Shown here in pieces: positions 47,008-56,635 of a stretch of 64,000 nt of DNA (its first letter is position 1; every line of letters begins with the position of its first letter). Made by a program: the position numbers and the translations under genes. This DNA is from Vulcanimicrobiota bacterium (GTDB taxonomy: Bacteria; Vulcanimicrobiota; Vulcanimicrobiia; Eremiobacterales; Eremiobacteraceae): NCBI GenBank assembly GCA_963805945.1, contig CAWDVP010000001.1, positions 352,001 through 416,000 of the forward strand. The letters run 5' to 3'. A model generated the notes under the pieces. The model had not been told where the DNA came from, did no database searches, and saw only the letters and a list, made by a program, of their open reading frames with translations.

Positions 47008-48324
47008 CTACTGCGCGCGGTAATCCCGACCGATGACGATGTCGATGTCGCCGCCGACGACATCGCCGGTCGTGACCTCCGGGTCCTTTATGGGCAGGCG
47101 CTTGGCGACCTCACCGACGATAGTCTTATCAGAGCCGGTGACGGTGGTCTTCGGGTTGTTGAAGGTCGCCGCGTTGCCCGTCGAGACGACGTCAAAACCT
47201 TTTTGGCGCAGGTAATCCGCCAGCGCCGAGGCGGCGCCGGGTTGGCCCGAGCCGTTGTGCACGACGACGTGCACGGTCGAGGGGTCGAATTCGCCGCCGA
47301 AACCGGCGACGAGGTACTTCTGCACGATCGGCTTGCCCGCCGCGGCGTCGTAGTAGAGCACGGACTCGCCGTTGGTGAACCCCTCGAGCACCGGCAGGCC
47401 CACGGTGTGCACCATCGCCGGCGTCTCGCCGCGCAGCGCGAGCGCGAGGTAGAACAGCTTGTCGTAGGAGAGGTCGGTGCGGACGTTGTCCTGCACCAAG
47501 CCGATGAGCGACGGTAGTTTCCCGAAGATCGCTGGATCTTTCATGCGTTTCACCAGATCGCCGATCACCTGGCGCTGGCGCCGCATCCGGCCGAAATCGC
47601 CTTCGGGGTCGTGGCGGAAGCGGATGTAGCCGACCGCCTGCTCGCCGTTGAGATGCTGCGGGCCTTTCTTAAGATGGATGTGCAGATGTCCCCAGCTGTC
47701 GTCGTAGTCCATGTCCTTCTCGACGTTCGTGTTGACGCCGCCGATCGCGTCGACGAGATTCTTCGTGGCGTCGATCCTAAGAACGATATAGTTGTCGAAT
47801 GGCGGAAAGTTGAGGTTATCGACGAGCGTCTTGGCGGAGCGCAATGGGCCGCCGTCGGCGACCGCCTCGTTGACCTTGCCGTAGCCGCTCTTGGGGATGT
47901 GCACCCACAGATCGCGCGGCACGGAGACGATGCTCACGTCGTGCGACGCCAAGTCGATGTTCACCGCCAGCATGGTGTCCGAACGGCTGGTCGAGGTGTA
48001 CGCCTCGTCTTTCTCGGTCCAGTTCTCATCCAGACCCAAGACCAGCACGCGCAGTTTCTGTTTGCCGAAGATCTCGGTGAGATCCGGCGACGCGAGATCG
48101 AACGGCGCGAGCGCGTTCATGAGGCCGTGCTTGTGATGGATGTAGACGCCGAGCGATACGCCCGCGACGATGACCAGCGCGAGCAACGCGGTGAGCAGGA
48201 AGACCCTGCGCGGCCGTGGGGGCGCGACGGGCACATCCGTGTTCGGGATCGGCGGCGGAGTCTCGAGTTGGTCGGGCAACGTGCCTCCGGTCTTGGCGGG
48301 CGGCGGCAGCGCCGTCCTGGACAA
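47008..48324 (-). CDS. LCP family protein with a LytR C-terminal domain
   Basis: RSDTML, SVPRD, RFRHD..GDFGRMRRQ; VVHNGSGQPGAA. Confidence 0.92.
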   Translation of the reverse strand: MSRTALPPPAKTGGTLPDQLETPPPIPNTDVPVAPPRPRRVFLLTALLALVIVAGVSLGVYIHHKHGLMNALAPFDLASPDLTEIFGKQKLRVLVLGLDENWTEKDEAYTSTSRSDTMLAVNIDLASHDVSIVSVPRDLWVHIPKSGYGKVNEAVADGGPLRSAKTLVDNLNFPPFDNYIVLRIDATKNLVDAIGGVNTNVEKDMDYDDSWGHLHIHLKKGPQHLNGEQAVGYIRFRHDPEGDFGRMRRQRQVIGDLVKRMKDPAIFGKLPSLIGLVQDNVRTDLSYDKLFYLALALRGETPAMVHTVGLPVLEGFTNGESVLYYDAAAGKPIVQKYLVAGFGGEFDPSTVHVVVHNGSGQPGAASALADYLRQKGFDVVSTGNAATFNNPKTTVTGSDKTIVGEVAKRLPIKDPEVTTGDVVGGDIDIVIGRDYRAQ

Positions 48325-48385
48325 CTCTTCTATTGTAGGTGCAGCCGGGGTGCCGGCATAGGGCGTGCGCGCTGCGCCGGGCGAC

Positions 48386-49771
48386 TTAGGTCGCGGCGAC
48401 GGCGACGAGCAGTGGTCGAGCGGCGCGATCGAAATCCGTGTGGCCGACCATCTGTGCGCTCACGAACTCTCCGACCGGATGCTCTCCGCTGACGAAGACC
48501 GAGCCATCGACCCCCGGCGCTTCGCGCGCGGACCGTCCCACCGAGACGAGCCGTTCGCCGAGGAGCGTGCGGAGCGGCGATGCGGGCGTCAACAACCTCT
48601 TGCCCTCGATGAGGACCTCCAAACGTTCCCCGACGCGCTGCGAGTCGACGTCGAGCGAGATGCGCCGTTGCGCGTCGCGAGCCTGTGCGAGGCGGCGGCG
48701 CTTGACGCTTTCGGCCACCTGCGCCGGCGCGTCGTATGCAGGCGTTCCCTCTTCGCGCGAGTAGGCGAAAAACCCGACTCGATCGAGGCGTGCGCGCTCG
48801 AGAAATGTGAGGAGATAGTGAAAATGTTCATCCGTTTCACCGGGAAAACCCAGGATGAAGGTGCTGCGGATGGTCGCATCCGGCAAGGCCGCGCGCAGGC
48901 CGGCGAACAGCTCGAGGTAGCGTTCGGGCGCCGGCGGACGGTGCATCGCCTTGAGGATGTCCGGATGCGCGTGCTGCAGCGGCATGTCGACGTACGGGAT
49001 CACGGTGCGCGACGCTCGGATCGCCGCGACGATCTCCGGCGTGACCGACGTCGGATAGAGGTACAAGATGCGCACCCACTCGATGCCGTGCACCGCGTCG
49101 AGCGCTTCGATCAGCCGCGCGAGGCCGTGGCGCAGCCCGATGTCGCGCCCGTAATCCGATGAATCCTGCGCCACGAGGATGAGCTCTTTGACGCCGCCGG
49201 CCGCCAGCGCGCGCGCCTCTTCGACGAGCGACGGGATCGTGCGGCTCTTGCCGAGGCCGCGCAGCGTCGGGATGATGCAGAAGGCGCAGGTGTGGTTGCA
49301 GCCCTCGGAGATCTTGAGATAGGCGGTGGCGCGCGGCGTCGTGACCACCCGGGGCAGAAAACCGAGCCGCTCCACGTACTCGTCGCGGTCCTCGAGATGC
49401 AAGGGGCGCATGCCGGCGTCCACTTCACGCATGATCTCTGGGATCTTAGGGAACGCGCCGGTGCCCACCACCGCGTCGATCTCGGGGATCAGCTCGCGCA
49501 GCTCCGCGCCGTAGCGCTGCGCCAGACAGCCGGCGACGATGAGACGCTGTCCGGGCCGTTTGGCCGCGGCGTACTCGAGGATCGCGTCGGTAGATTCAGC
49601 TTTGGCGGGGTTGATGAACGCACATGTGTTGACGATGACCGCATCCGCGTCGCCGGCCTCGCCGGTGATCTCCCAGCCCTCGCCCGCGAAACGGCCGAGC
49701 ATCACCTCGCCGTCGATGAGGTTCTTGGCGCAGCCCAGGCTCGCGAGGAACGCGCGGCGCGCGCGCGTCAA
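48386..49771 (-). CDS. rimO: Ribosomal protein S12 methylthiotransferase
   Basis: SLGCAKNLID, NTCAFI, KISEGCNHTCAFCIIP, APGVDG. Confidence 0.93.
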   Translation of the reverse strand: MTRARRAFLASLGCAKNLIDGEVMLGRFAGEGWEITGEAGDADAVIVNTCAFINPAKAESTDAILEYAAAKRPGQRLIVAGCLAQRYGAELRELIPEIDAVVGTGAFPKIPEIMREVDAGMRPLHLEDRDEYVERLGFLPRVVTTPRATAYLKISEGCNHTCAFCIIPTLRGLGKSRTIPSLVEEARALAAGGVKELILVAQDSSDYGRDIGLRHGLARLIEALDAVHGIEWVRILYLYPTSVTPEIVAAIRASRTVIPYVDMPLQHAHPDILKAMHRPPAPERYLELFAGLRAALPDATIRSTFILGFPGETDEHFHYLLTFLERARLDRVGFFAYSREEGTPAYDAPAQVAESVKRRRLAQARDAQRRISLDVDSQRVGERLEVLIEGKRLLTPASPLRTLLGERLVSVGRSAREAPGVDGSVFVSGEHPVGEFVSAQMVGHTDFDRAARPLLVAVAAT

Positions 49772-50259
49772 CGGTAGTTCACGAATTGGACGGCGAAATC
49801 GAGCGGCAGCCCTTTGATGAGGTCGATCACCTTCTGCAGGTCGTCTTTTGACTTGCTCGTCACGCGCAGCTGCTCGTCTTGGATCCTCGTCGTGACCTTC
49901 AGCTTCGAGTCTTTGATCGCCTCAGTGAGCTGCTTGGCGCGCTCCTTGGCGATGCCTTGCTCGCACGTGACGACTTGGCGCAGCGTGCCTTGGGATGCCG
50001 CCTCGGGCGTGCCGAACTTGAGCGCCTTGAGCGAGACGCCGCGTTTCACGAACTTGCCCTGGAGTATGTCCACGATGTTCTTGCGCTTGAGCTCGTCGTC
50101 GGCGATGATCGTGATCTGCATGTCGCCGAGGTCGATGCTCGACTTGGAATTACGGAAATCGAAACGCGTGGCGATCTCGCGCTGCGCTTGATCCACGGCG
50201 TCGGCGAAGTTCTGTTTGTCGACTCGAGAGACGACGTCGAATGAGAACTCGCTACTCAC
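49768..50259 (-). CDS. yajQ: YajQ family nucleotide-binding protein
   Basis: SFDVVS, RFDF, KDDLQ, QFVNYR. Confidence 0.95.
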   Translation of the reverse strand: MSSEFSFDVVSRVDKQNFADAVDQAQREIATRFDFRNSKSSIDLGDMQITIIADDELKRKNIVDILQGKFVKRGVSLKALKFGTPEAASQGTLRQVVTCEQGIAKERAKQLTEAIKDSKLKVTTRIQDEQLRVTSKSKDDLQKVIDLIKGLPLDFAVQFVNYR

Positions 50260-51118
50260 GCGGCCCGGTCGTCAGCTGCGACGAGGTCTTGGCGGCGAAG
50301 ACGCGCTCTTCGACTTGGCCGTGCTGGCCGAGCGTGCCGAGCGACCGGCCGTCGATGGTCGCGTTCACCCCGCCTGCATTGCCGGCGCGCAGCGAGATCT
50401 CGCGCACGCCGTGGAACGCCCGCACCGTGCCCGCGGGCAAGGTCTCGTACACCACGCGCTTGCCATCCACCGTCACGGAGAGCCAGCTGTCCTGCGTCAG
50501 CTGCAGCTGCAGGTTGACGCCGGGGCGCGCGCCCGCGTCGGTCGCGCCGGCGCTGGCGGCGTTGAACACCGCCGCATCTTGCGGCGCGGGCGACGCGATG
50601 CTCGTATCGGGCTGGGTGACGGCCGGCGCTGCCTGCGACTGCTGTCGCGGCGCCGGTCCGAACGTGTAGTAGAGCACCGCGATGACGAGCGCGGCGGCAA
50701 GCGTGCTCATGAGCCCGAGCAGCCACGGATACCACGCCCGCGTGGTCGCAGCGGTCGAGTTCACTCGACCGACGTGACCGCTGCGGTCGAATGAATTCGT
50801 ATCTGGCGTAGATGGAGCGGTCGAATTCATTCGACCGTCGTCTACGACGGTTTGCGTCTCGATCGTGTCCGTCGCCGGCGGCTGCATCGGCACCGCGGCG
50901 TTGAGCTGCTCCGCGACGACGTGCTGATCGATCCCCAGCATGCGCGCGTAGTTGCGCACGAAGCCACGCGCGTACGCCGGCGCGCCGAGCTTCGCCCAGT
51001 CCTCCGCCTCGATCGCGGCGATGTACTGTGAACGGATATGCAGTCGCTCGGCCGCTTCTTGGGCCGTGATGCCGCGCTTCTCGCGCGCGGCGGCGATCTG
51101 CTCACCAAGACCGGTCAT
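50252..51118 (-). CDS. rodZ: RodZ-like protein (HTH, transmembrane helix, DUF4115)
   Basis: GEQIAAARE..YARGFVRNYA; transmembrane helix; SWLSVTVDG..GNAGGV. Confidence 0.85.
   Translation of the reverse strand: MTGLGEQIAAAREKRGITAQEAAERLHIRSQYIAAIEAEDWAKLGAPAYARGFVRNYARMLGIDQHVVAEQLNAAVPMQPPATDTIETQTVVDDGRMNSTAPSTPDTNSFDRSGHVGRVNSTAATTRAWYPWLLGLMSTLAAALVIAVLYYTFGPAPRQQSQAAPAVTQPDTSIASPAPQDAAVFNAASAGATDAGARPGVNLQLQLTQDSWLSVTVDGKRVVYETLPAGTVRAFHGVREISLRAGNAGGVNATIDGRSLGTLGQHGQVEERVFAAKTSSQLTTGPRE
50752..50837. repeat. Cluster of three family A palindromes, in frame in the rodZ linker
   Basis: 50752-50771 (covariant CGGTCGAGT-TC-ACTCGACCG), 50784-50799 (partial, opposite orientation), 50812-50837 (full). 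Confidence 0.85.
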
Positions 51119-51339
51119 GTCACCCTTACGACCGCGCCGAACATTTTTGGAGAGAGAGATGCAGACGCCGCGCGCCGCGCGGCGAACGGTTTCTGGCCTC
51201 TTCAAATGGATGGGGACGGTGCTGCTCTAGAGAATTGGTGAGGGTCGAGGGCACTCCCTCTGTGACGCAGATGACGAAAACCCTGATAACGCACAATGAT
51301 CCCTTAACCTCCGCCAGGGTGCCGGCACACGGCTCCCCT

Positions 51340-52479
51340 ATGCTCGAGCGCGCCCTGCCGCCGCTGCACGACGGGCTGGCGCTGGCCGCCATGAGCGGCG
51401 GGGTGGACAGCGCGGTCGCGACCGCCCTCGCCGTGGCGGCCGGCCGGAAAGCGGTCGGCGTCACAATGCGGCTATGGAGCCCGGGTCAGGGAGAACTCTC
51501 CGAAAAGGTCCGGCAGTGCTGCGGCCCGACCGCCTACGAGGACGCGCGCCGCGCCGCCGGCTTGGCCGGGATCGCGCACTACGTGGTCAATTTCGAGGCG
51601 GCCTTCGAGCGCGCCGTGGTCGATTATTTCTGCGGCGAATATCTCGCTGGACGCACGCCAAATCCGTGCGTCGCTTGCAACAACCTGGTGAAGTTCGGCG
51701 CGCTGCTCGACTTCTCGCGCGCGCTCGGCGCGCGCACGATGATCACCGGCCACTACGTGCGCATCCGCCACGACGCCGACGGACCGCGGCTGCTGCGCGC
51801 CGTCGATCGGGGCAAGGATCAGTCGTACATGTTGGCGGGTCTCGCGCCCGAGCAGCTCGACGCGATCGTCGCCCCGCTCGGCGATCATACGAAGGAGCAG
51901 ACACGCGCGCTCGCGCGCGAGCTGGGTCTCGGCGTCGCCGACAAGCCGGACTCGATGGATCTCTGCTTCGTCGACGGCGACTACCGCGGCTTCATCCTCG
52001 CGCGCTTCCCGGATGCGGCGCGAGCCGGACCGATCGTGACGTCGGACGGCGTCGAAGTGGGCCGACATGACGGCTTGCTCGGCTACACCGTGGGTCAGCG
52101 CAAAGGCATCAGCAATGCAGCGCTCGGCGACGGCCCCTGGTATGTGGTGCGCACCGAGCGGCGTTCGAACGCGGTCGTGATCGGCAGACGCGAGGCGCTT
52201 GCGCGGCACGTCATCACCTGCAGCGCGCCGAACGTGATCCGCCCGCGCGCGTTCGCCGGCGGCCGCGCCGCGGGTCTCGCGGTGTGCCGCTATCGCAGCG
52301 CGCCGATCGCCGCGACCGCGCAGCTCGAGGGCGACCGCATGACGATCCGCCTCGCCGCGCCGGCGAGCGTCGTCTCGCCCGGCCAGCTGCTCGTGCTGTA
52401 CGATGAAAGCGATGCCGAGGTGCTCGCGTCAGGCATCATCGAGCCGGCCGAAGCAACCGAAGCGTTCGCCGCCTCGTAG
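51340..52479 (+). CDS. mnmA: tRNA 2-thiouridylase
   Basis: MSGGVDS, TPNPCVACN, TGHY, KDQSY, TVGQRKG, PGQ. Confidence 0.96.
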   Translation: MLERALPPLHDGLALAAMSGGVDSAVATALAVAAGRKAVGVTMRLWSPGQGELSEKVRQCCGPTAYEDARRAAGLAGIAHYVVNFEAAFERAVVDYFCGEYLAGRTPNPCVACNNLVKFGALLDFSRALGARTMITGHYVRIRHDADGPRLLRAVDRGKDQSYMLAGLAPEQLDAIVAPLGDHTKEQTRALARELGLGVADKPDSMDLCFVDGDYRGFILARFPDAARAGPIVTSDGVEVGRHDGLLGYTVGQRKGISNAALGDGPWYVVRTERRSNAVVIGRREALARHVITCSAPNVIRPRAFAGGRAAGLAVCRYRSAPIAATAQLEGDRMTIRLAAPASVVSPGQLLVLYDESDAEVLASGIIEPAEATEAFAAS

Positions 52480-52489
52480 TAACCAGCGT

Positions 52490-53536
52490 ATGGATATCCG
52501 CATCATCGCCGTGGCGCTCGCCGCGCCCGTCCTGTCGCAGCTCGCGTCGTTCGACGGCGGTCAAGGCTGGATCAATTCGAAGCCGCTCTCGCCTGCCGGG
52601 CTCGCCGGCAAAGTCGTGCTCGTCGACTTTTGGGAGTACACCTGCGTCAACTGCCTGGCGACGCTGCCGTATCAGAAAGTCTGGTTCGATCGCTACGCCA
52701 CGCACGGTTTCACGATCGTCGGCGTGCACACGCCGGATTTCTCCTTTTCGGCCGAGCCGCGCAACGTCGAGGCGGCGGTGCGGCGACTCGGCATCGAGTG
52801 GCCGGTGGTGATCGACGACGAGCGCGCGATATGGGACCGCTACGGCAATGAGGTGTGGCCGCGCCAGATGCTCTTCGACGCCCGCGGGCGGCTCGTCGCC
52901 GACCACGTGGGCGAGGGCGATTATCCCGAGATGGAGGGGCATATCCAAGACGCGCTGCACCAGATCGATCCAGCGGCGCGATTCCCCGCGGTGATGGGAT
53001 ATCTGCCGCGCGACAGCTATGCCAAACCCGGCGCGGTGTGCTATCGCCACACGCCGGAGATGTACGTCGGACCGGGCCACGGCGCCGGCACGCTCGGGAA
53101 TCCGCAGGGCTACGGCCGCAGCGGGCAGATCGTCGCCTACGTCGACACGCAGCCGCACAGCGACGGCCGCGCATATCTGCGAGGGACATGGTCCACCGAC
53201 GGGCAGGCGCTGGTGAGCGCGGCAGGCACGCCGAACCCGCGCCTCGCCGTGCATTACCAGGCGATCCAGGCGGTGGCCGTGCTCGCGACCGCAGGCGCGC
53301 GGCTGCGGGTTCTCGTGTACCAGGACGGCGCGCCGCTGCCCGCGCGGGATGCCGGTAGTGACGTCCGCTACGATACGGCCGGGCGCTCGTACCTCGAGGT
53401 GGACGCACCGAGGGAATATGAGGTCGTCATGAACAAACATTTCGGTCAGCATGAGCTGGAACTGCTTCCTCAAGCCGCCGGGCTCGACGTCTATGCGTTC
53501 GATTTCGAGGCCTGTGAGGTGGGTGCGGACCGCTAG
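52490..53536 (+). CDS. DipZ-like exported thioredoxin protein
   Basis: LVDFWEYTCVNC, GVHTPDF, GEGDY, TPEMY, DipZ-like C-terminal domain. Confidence 0.85.
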   Translation: MDIRIIAVALAAPVLSQLASFDGGQGWINSKPLSPAGLAGKVVLVDFWEYTCVNCLATLPYQKVWFDRYATHGFTIVGVHTPDFSFSAEPRNVEAAVRRLGIEWPVVIDDERAIWDRYGNEVWPRQMLFDARGRLVADHVGEGDYPEMEGHIQDALHQIDPAARFPAVMGYLPRDSYAKPGAVCYRHTPEMYVGPGHGAGTLGNPQGYGRSGQIVAYVDTQPHSDGRAYLRGTWSTDGQALVSAAGTPNPRLAVHYQAIQAVAVLATAGARLRVLVYQDGAPLPARDAGSDVRYDTAGRSYLEVDAPREYEVVMNKHFGQHELELLPQAAGLDVYAFDFEACEVGADR

Positions 53537-54125
53537 CATAGCGCTCGTGCTCGTGCTCGCCTGCGCCGCATGCAGCGCGAAGGCGCCGCCCTCGACCTAT
53601 AGGCCGGCGGTCGTCCCCGGCATCGATCAGCGCCAGCTCGAAGCCGCCGTCGGCAAACCATCGAGCACCCTGCCGTTCGCCCTGCCCGGTATGGCCGCGC
53701 AGATACTCTCCTACCCGTTCGGCCAAGTCGCGACGCGCAACGGCACCGTCATCACCGTCACCATCGCCGGCGATCCAAGCTTCGTCGGTCCGTACGGCTC
53801 GCACATCGGCATGGCGGAGGACCAGCTGACGAGCGCGCTCAAGGCGAGCGGTAAGCATATCAAGGGTCATCACGATTCGTACGACGTGATCGCCGGCGAC
53901 ACGGTCACACGGACGAAGGACGCGTACGACGACACCGACCATGTGATGTTCGAACTCGCCGCCGCCAATGCCAATGACCCGGAGGCGCCGTACAGCATCG
54001 TGAGCATCAATCTCGCCGACGCGACCGGCTTCTCGTTTCTCCAAGCCCTCACCCAAGCGAAGGAGTCAGGCGTGTATCCCGGTCAGCGCATCGACAATTT
54101 CACCTCGGAGCCGTGGTCGCTATGA
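53514..54125 (+). CDS. Hypothetical lipoprotein
   Basis: Hydrophobic leader with a lipobox-like LACAAC; start uncertain. Confidence 0.65.
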   Translation: MRWVRTASIALVLVLACAACSAKAPPSTYRPAVVPGIDQRQLEAAVGKPSSTLPFALPGMAAQILSYPFGQVATRNGTVITVTIAGDPSFVGPYGSHIGMAEDQLTSALKASGKHIKGHHDSYDVIAGDTVTRTKDAYDDTDHVMFELAAANANDPEAPYSIVSINLADATGFSFLQALTQAKESGVYPGQRIDNFTSEPWSL

Positions 54126-54688
54126 GCGATGAGACGAACGTCCCCGAGACCGAAGAGTTCGCCGTCGTCCTGCCGCCCAATGCGCGGCTGTCCGGCCTGC
54201 GCTTCGATGACAACGCGCACAGCGTGCGGGTCTCGTTCTCCGATGGCGGCGCCGATCGCGATGTGCCCGCGGAGCAGATCATCACCCTGCACGGCGCGCG
54301 CATCCGCCACGAGAAGATCATCCGGACGCCCAAGAAGGTCCGCGGCGCCATTCCGCCGGCGCCCGGCGCGAGCGGCACCACCACCGCGGTCGGCGACGAG
54401 CGCGTCTCCACCAGTGAAGAGTTCCACTTCGTGCTGGCGCTGCGCGCCACAGGCGTCGGCGAGGTCTGGTATCTCGCCGCCGATTCGTTCAACTTCCGTC
54501 ACGCGCTCGGCGAAGAAGCGGGCTATTCGACCGAGATCAACTTCCGCGCGTTCGTGCGGCGCCTCGGCCGCTTCGCGCCGCGCGCCACGCAGGACGCGTT
54601 CTTCGCAGCCATCCTCGGCGGACTGCCGCTGCCGCCGCCGCTCGGTTCGCTCATCGAGTTCTTGCGGGTCGCCGCGGTCGGGCTCTAA
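54122..54688 (+). CDS. Hypothetical protein
   Basis: ATG overlaps the previous stop; coding-like codon use. Confidence 0.7.
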   Translation: MSDETNVPETEEFAVVLPPNARLSGLRFDDNAHSVRVSFSDGGADRDVPAEQIITLHGARIRHEKIIRTPKKVRGAIPPAPGASGTTTAVGDERVSTSEEFHFVLALRATGVGEVWYLAADSFNFRHALGEEAGYSTEINFRAFVRRLGRFAPRATQDAFFAAILGGLPLPPPLGSLIEFLRVAAVGL

Positions 54689-54706
54689 GCTCTCGCTCGG
54701 GTCTTT

Positions 54707-55798
54707 TCAGGCGCTCGCCAGCGCGTAATCGCGCTTGCGGAAATACGTATCGCGCACGACGGGCACGTAGCCGGCTTGGCGGATCGCGCGCTCGAGGTCG
54801 GCGCGATTGGCGCTGTTGGTGCTGCCGGCGAGCGTCACCACCTTCTCCTCGAGGATCGTGCCGCCCATGTCGTCGCAGCCGAACATCAGGCCGAGCTGCC
54901 CAAGCTTGAGGCCCGGCGTCAGCCATGACGACTGGAGATGCGGCACGTTGTCGAGGTAGAGCCGGCTGATCGCCAGCACGCGCAGATACTCGAGGCCGGT
55001 GGCCTCTTTGCCCTTGAGCGGTGTCTTGAACGGCACGTAATACCACGGGATGAAGGCGCTGAAGCCGTGCGTCTCGTCTTGGAGACGCCGGATGACGTCG
55101 AGGTGGACGATGCGCTCCTCGTCGGTCTCCACCGAGCCGAACATCATCGTCGCGGTCGTCGGCATGCCGAGCCGCTGCGCGACGCGCATGACCTCGATCC
55201 AACGGTCGTCGTCGATCTTGCGCGCCGAGATGCGCTTGCGCACGCGGTCCACGAGGATTTCTGCGCCGGCGCCGGGCAGCGACTTCAGACCCGCTGCGCG
55301 CAGCGTCGTGAGCACGTCTTCGATCGACATCTGCTCCTGTTTGGCGATGCCGCAGATCTCGCTCGTCGAGAGCGAGTGGATGTCGGCTTCGGGGAAGCGC
55401 CGGGAGATCTCGCGGAAGAGGTCCACGTAATAGGCGATGGGGAGATCGGGATTGACGCCGCCCTGCACCATGATCTGCGTCGCGCCTTGCTCGACCGCCC
55501 AGCGCACGCGCTCGAGCACCTGCTCGTGCGACATGGTGTAGCCCTCGGCGTGCCCCTCGGGCCGGAAGAACGCGCAGAAGGTGCAGTGGACGTTGCAGAT
55601 GTTGGTGTAGTTGATCGTCGTGTCGATGACGTATGAGACTTCGTTCCCCGGATAGAGCGCGGTGCGGCGCGCATGCGCGGCCGCGCCGAGGTCGTGAAGC
55701 GACGCGTCGCGATAGAGCGCGACGCCTTCGTCGAGCGACAGCCGGCCGCCGCCTGCGGCATGCTCGAGGAGCTCTTGGATCGGCGCCACTTGGCTCAT
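54707..55798 (-). CDS. mqnC: Dehypoxanthine futalosine cyclase
   Basis: INYTNICNVHCTFCAF, SLPGAGAEIL, TTATMMFG, GCDDMGGT; mqn cluster context. Confidence 0.9.
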   Translation of the reverse strand: MSQVAPIQELLEHAAGGGRLSLDEGVALYRDASLHDLGAAAHARRTALYPGNEVSYVIDTTINYTNICNVHCTFCAFFRPEGHAEGYTMSHEQVLERVRWAVEQGATQIMVQGGVNPDLPIAYYVDLFREISRRFPEADIHSLSTSEICGIAKQEQMSIEDVLTTLRAAGLKSLPGAGAEILVDRVRKRISARKIDDDRWIEVMRVAQRLGMPTTATMMFGSVETDEERIVHLDVIRRLQDETHGFSAFIPWYYVPFKTPLKGKEATGLEYLRVLAISRLYLDNVPHLQSSWLTPGLKLGQLGLMFGCDDMGGTILEEKVVTLAGSTNSANRADLERAIRQAGYVPVVRDTYFRKRDYALASA

Positions 55799-56634
55799 TG
55801 CGTAAACGTCACCAGGCCGAGCTGGATATCCGGCACGAGCTGGTGCCGGCCGGCGTACTCGAGGAATTTGTTGAACCCCTTCCAGAGGTCGATGTCGACA
55901 TGGAAGCTCAGCGACTTGTAGTAGTATTCGTAGAAGCCGACCGGGCGCGGATGCTGCTGCTGGGCGAGCTCGATGACGCGCTCGATATGGCTCTCCCCGT
56001 ATTGCAGCGCGGAGCCCAGCGCTGAGCGCACCGCATGGATGGCAGTGCTCCCGCCTTCTGCGTGGCCGAAATCCTTGCGCGCCGCCCACAGCGCGTAGAT
56101 CATGCCCAAACCTGTGAACTCGTGCCAGAGAAGGCCGACGTCGTGCACGTGCGCCGGCGGGGCCTCGAAGGATGCGTCGAGCGCCGCGTCGCCGATGAGC
56201 AGGCATGCCCCGCCGTCACGATACCCATCCATCGGCCGATCTGATTCATGGAACTGCGGCGCGAAGCCGTACTTCTCACGGCATATCACGTCGAAGAGCG
56301 CGCGCCCGGTCGCCGACTCCTTCGTCACCGCGATCTTGTCTTTTTCCAACCCGCGCGGGGTGACCGCCGAGACGCAGACGATGCTGTGCACCTCTTGCCG
56401 CGAAGCGATGCACAGGTCCGGCAGGTGGATGAGCTCCTTGCCATGTCGCGCGAAGACGAGAGACGATATCGGACTGATATCGAGTCCGCCGTCGAGCAGC
56501 GCGCGGTTGAGGTCGGTGGGTACGCCCGGATGCAACTCCCCCGGAAACGGCATGACCCCCAGATCGAATGCCGCATAGACCGGCAGGTCGTTGGTGTAGC
56601 TGATGCGCCCGCAGCGCGTCACCCGCTCGTCCAT
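55795..56634 (-). CDS. mqnA: Chorismate dehydratase
   Basis: GRISYTNDLP, ESATG, LLIGDAAL, DVGLLWHEFTGL..YALW. Confidence 0.9.
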   Translation of the reverse strand: MDERVTRCGRISYTNDLPVYAAFDLGVMPFPGELHPGVPTDLNRALLDGGLDISPISSLVFARHGKELIHLPDLCIASRQEVHSIVCVSAVTPRGLEKDKIAVTKESATGRALFDVICREKYGFAPQFHESDRPMDGYRDGGACLLIGDAALDASFEAPPAHVHDVGLLWHEFTGLGMIYALWAARKDFGHAEGGSTAIHAVRSALGSALQYGESHIERVIELAQQQHPRPVGFYEYYYKSLSFHVDIDLWKGFNKFLEYAGRHQLVPDIQLGLVTFTQ

Positions 56635-56635
56635 G

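Noticed and set aside
51119..51339. ncRNA in the rodZ-mnmA divergent gap
   Set aside because: Only small hairpins; no recognisable RNA family features.
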